From Lachnospiraceae bacterium (GTDB lineage: Bacteria; Bacillota; Clostridia; Lachnospirales; Lachnospiraceae): a stretch of 64,000 bases of DNA. The notes beneath the pieces were generated by a model, which was given only the letters and a program-made list of their open reading frames with translations, did not search any database and was not told the DNA's origin. Of the stretch, positions 62,834 through 64,000 are shown piece after piece. The stretch spans positions 14,335-78,334 of the forward strand of contig VSND01000010.1 of assembly GCA_009774145.1 (NCBI GenBank), in the 5' to 3' direction. Made by a program: the position numbers and the translations under genes. Each line of letters opens with the position of its first letter. The first letter of the stretch is position 1.

Positions 62834-64000
62834 TCACACAAGCGGACGCACTGCTTCATATATTCTGCAGTAGCGCTCATACACCTGCATATACTGCCCG
62901 TGCATGTCCTGACGGGGCATATAGGTAACGGTCTTCTCCACCATATGTTCCGCCGCCTCCTTAAGATCCCGGAACACTCCAATGGCCACGCCGGTCAGCA
63001 TTGCGCTTCCCACAGTTCCTGCGTCCATCGTCTTCAGCGCCGTGATCGGAAGATTCAGGACGTCTGCCTTCATCTGCATCCATACGGCAGAACGGGCGCC
63101 TCCTCCGGTGGCATGCAGCTTCTCAAAATGGATCCCGGTCTGTGCAAGCGCCTGATAATTCAGGTACATCTCATATGCGACCCCCTCCATGCAGCCCCGG
63201 TAGATATCCGCCGCCGTGGATTCCGTGGTCAGCCCCAGAATCACGCCTCTGGAGCCGGTATCCATGTAGGGCGTCGCCGCGCCTGCAAAATGCGGCAGCA
63301 CCAGAAGACTGCCCGGACCGGCATTCCCCTTTTCCAGATATGTCCGCTCCAGCAGTTCGTTGACGGACAGGCCAAGCTTTTGAGCCTGCTCCTGCGCGCC
63401 GCCGGCAAGCTTTTCTGCGCACCACTGGATCAGCGCGCCGCCGGTATAGGAAAAGGCATACGCCACATAAGTTCCCGGAACCACATACGGCACAATGGAA
63501 AAATACCCTTTGTACATCCGGTCAATATCCGGCATGGCATCATAGACCGGTATGAGACATTCCACGGTTCCCGCACCGTCCACCGCCACGCTTCCGTCAA
63601 AAGCTCCCGCACCGACAGCCGCCGCCACCTGATCGTGACTGACAGAGACGATCAGGGTCCGCCCGGACAGCCCTGTCCGCTCTGCCGCCGCAGGAAGAAT
63701 GGCGCCTGCCGGACTTCCGGTTGGAACACATACGGAGAAAAGTCCCCGGTCGATCCCGGCAGCTTCCAGCACCTGAGCGCTCCAGTCCAGCGTATGGATA
63801 TCAAAAGCCATGGTTCTGGTCGCCAGCGAATAATCGATCTGCGCCTTCCCGGTCAGATGGAAGACCACATAGTCCTCCATCTGAAAGACATGCCTGGCCG
63901 CATGCCAGATCGATGGCCGATGCTTTTTTATCCACATCAGCTTGCAGATACTGTACATTTCATGGGGACGCAGCCCGGTGATCCGGGCAATGGATTCCGC
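62834..64000 (-). CDS. FGGY-family carbohydrate kinase (5' end outside window)
   Basis: FGGY_C motif HATGGGARSAVWMQMKADVL. The frame stays open to the window edge, and about 110 N-terminal residues are missing. Confidence 0.85.
   Translation of the reverse strand, partial: AESIARITGLRPHEMYSICKLMWIKKHRPSIWHAARHVFQMEDYVVFHLTGKAQIDYSLATRTMAFDIHTLDWSAQVLEAAGIDRGLFSVCVPTGSPAGAILPAAAERTGLSGRTLIVSVSHDQVAAAVGAGAFDGSVAVDGAGTVECLIPVYDAMPDIDRMYKGYFSIVPYVVPGTYVAYAFSYTGGALIQWCAEKLAGGAQEQAQKLGLSVNELLERTYLEKGNAGPGSLLVLPHFAGAATPYMDTGSRGVILGLTTESTAADIYRGCMEGVAYEMYLNYQALAQTGIHFEKLHATGGGARSAVWMQMKADVLNLPITALKTMDAGTVGSAMLTGVAIGVFRDLKEAAEHMVEKTVTYMPRQDMHGQYMQVYERYCRIYEAVRPLV

Overview
This 64-kb chromosomal segment looks Firmicutes/Clostridia-like, judged from gene families, GGAGG-type ribosome-binding sites and operon layout (inference; no search was run). 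It holds about 60 protein genes, most on the minus strand, and one tRNA-Trp. I recognised no rRNA, CRISPR array, transposase or integrase.

Housekeeping blocks:
- purA
- a class A PBP
- GntR-clpC-radA-tRNA-Trp
- purE-purM-purN-purD
- pyrF-pyrK-pyrD-pyrE

Accessory blocks:
- (i) A LysR-linked pair: CoA-disulfide-reductase/rhodanese plus a small sulfite-reductase-like protein.
- (ii) A ~13-kb envelope glycopolymer cluster: three acyltransferase_3 paralogues, a TagF-like gene, GT2 genes, a GT4-GT2 fusion, two GT-C-like membrane paralogues and a DUF2304-like gene.
- (iii) An orphan larC with a His-rich tandem repeat.
- (iv) A 1,717-aa helical protein of unknown function plus a 342-aa K/E/R-rich coiled-coil protein.
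- (v) An AgrC/AgrA-like two-component pair followed by a decayed PIN-like toxin-antitoxin remnant.
- (vi) An AT-richer ~3-kb conflict island: a DUF4869-like gene, a compact P-loop/TOPRIM-like gene, a DUF262 gene and an Abi_2-like fragment. This is my top candidate for an undescribed system.
- (vii) A Vat-type acetyltransferase and a MATE pump with twin palindromic operators.

Non-coding structure:
- 3.2 copies of a 103-104-bp hairpin-forming tandem repeat fill the pyrF-pyrK spacer.
- A 100-nt hairpin sits in the pyrD-pyrE spacer.
- A dispersed palindromic element occurs in two divergent promoter regions.

All family names come from motif recognition and memory and need HMM confirmation. Many listed ORFs are antisense shadows of the real genes.
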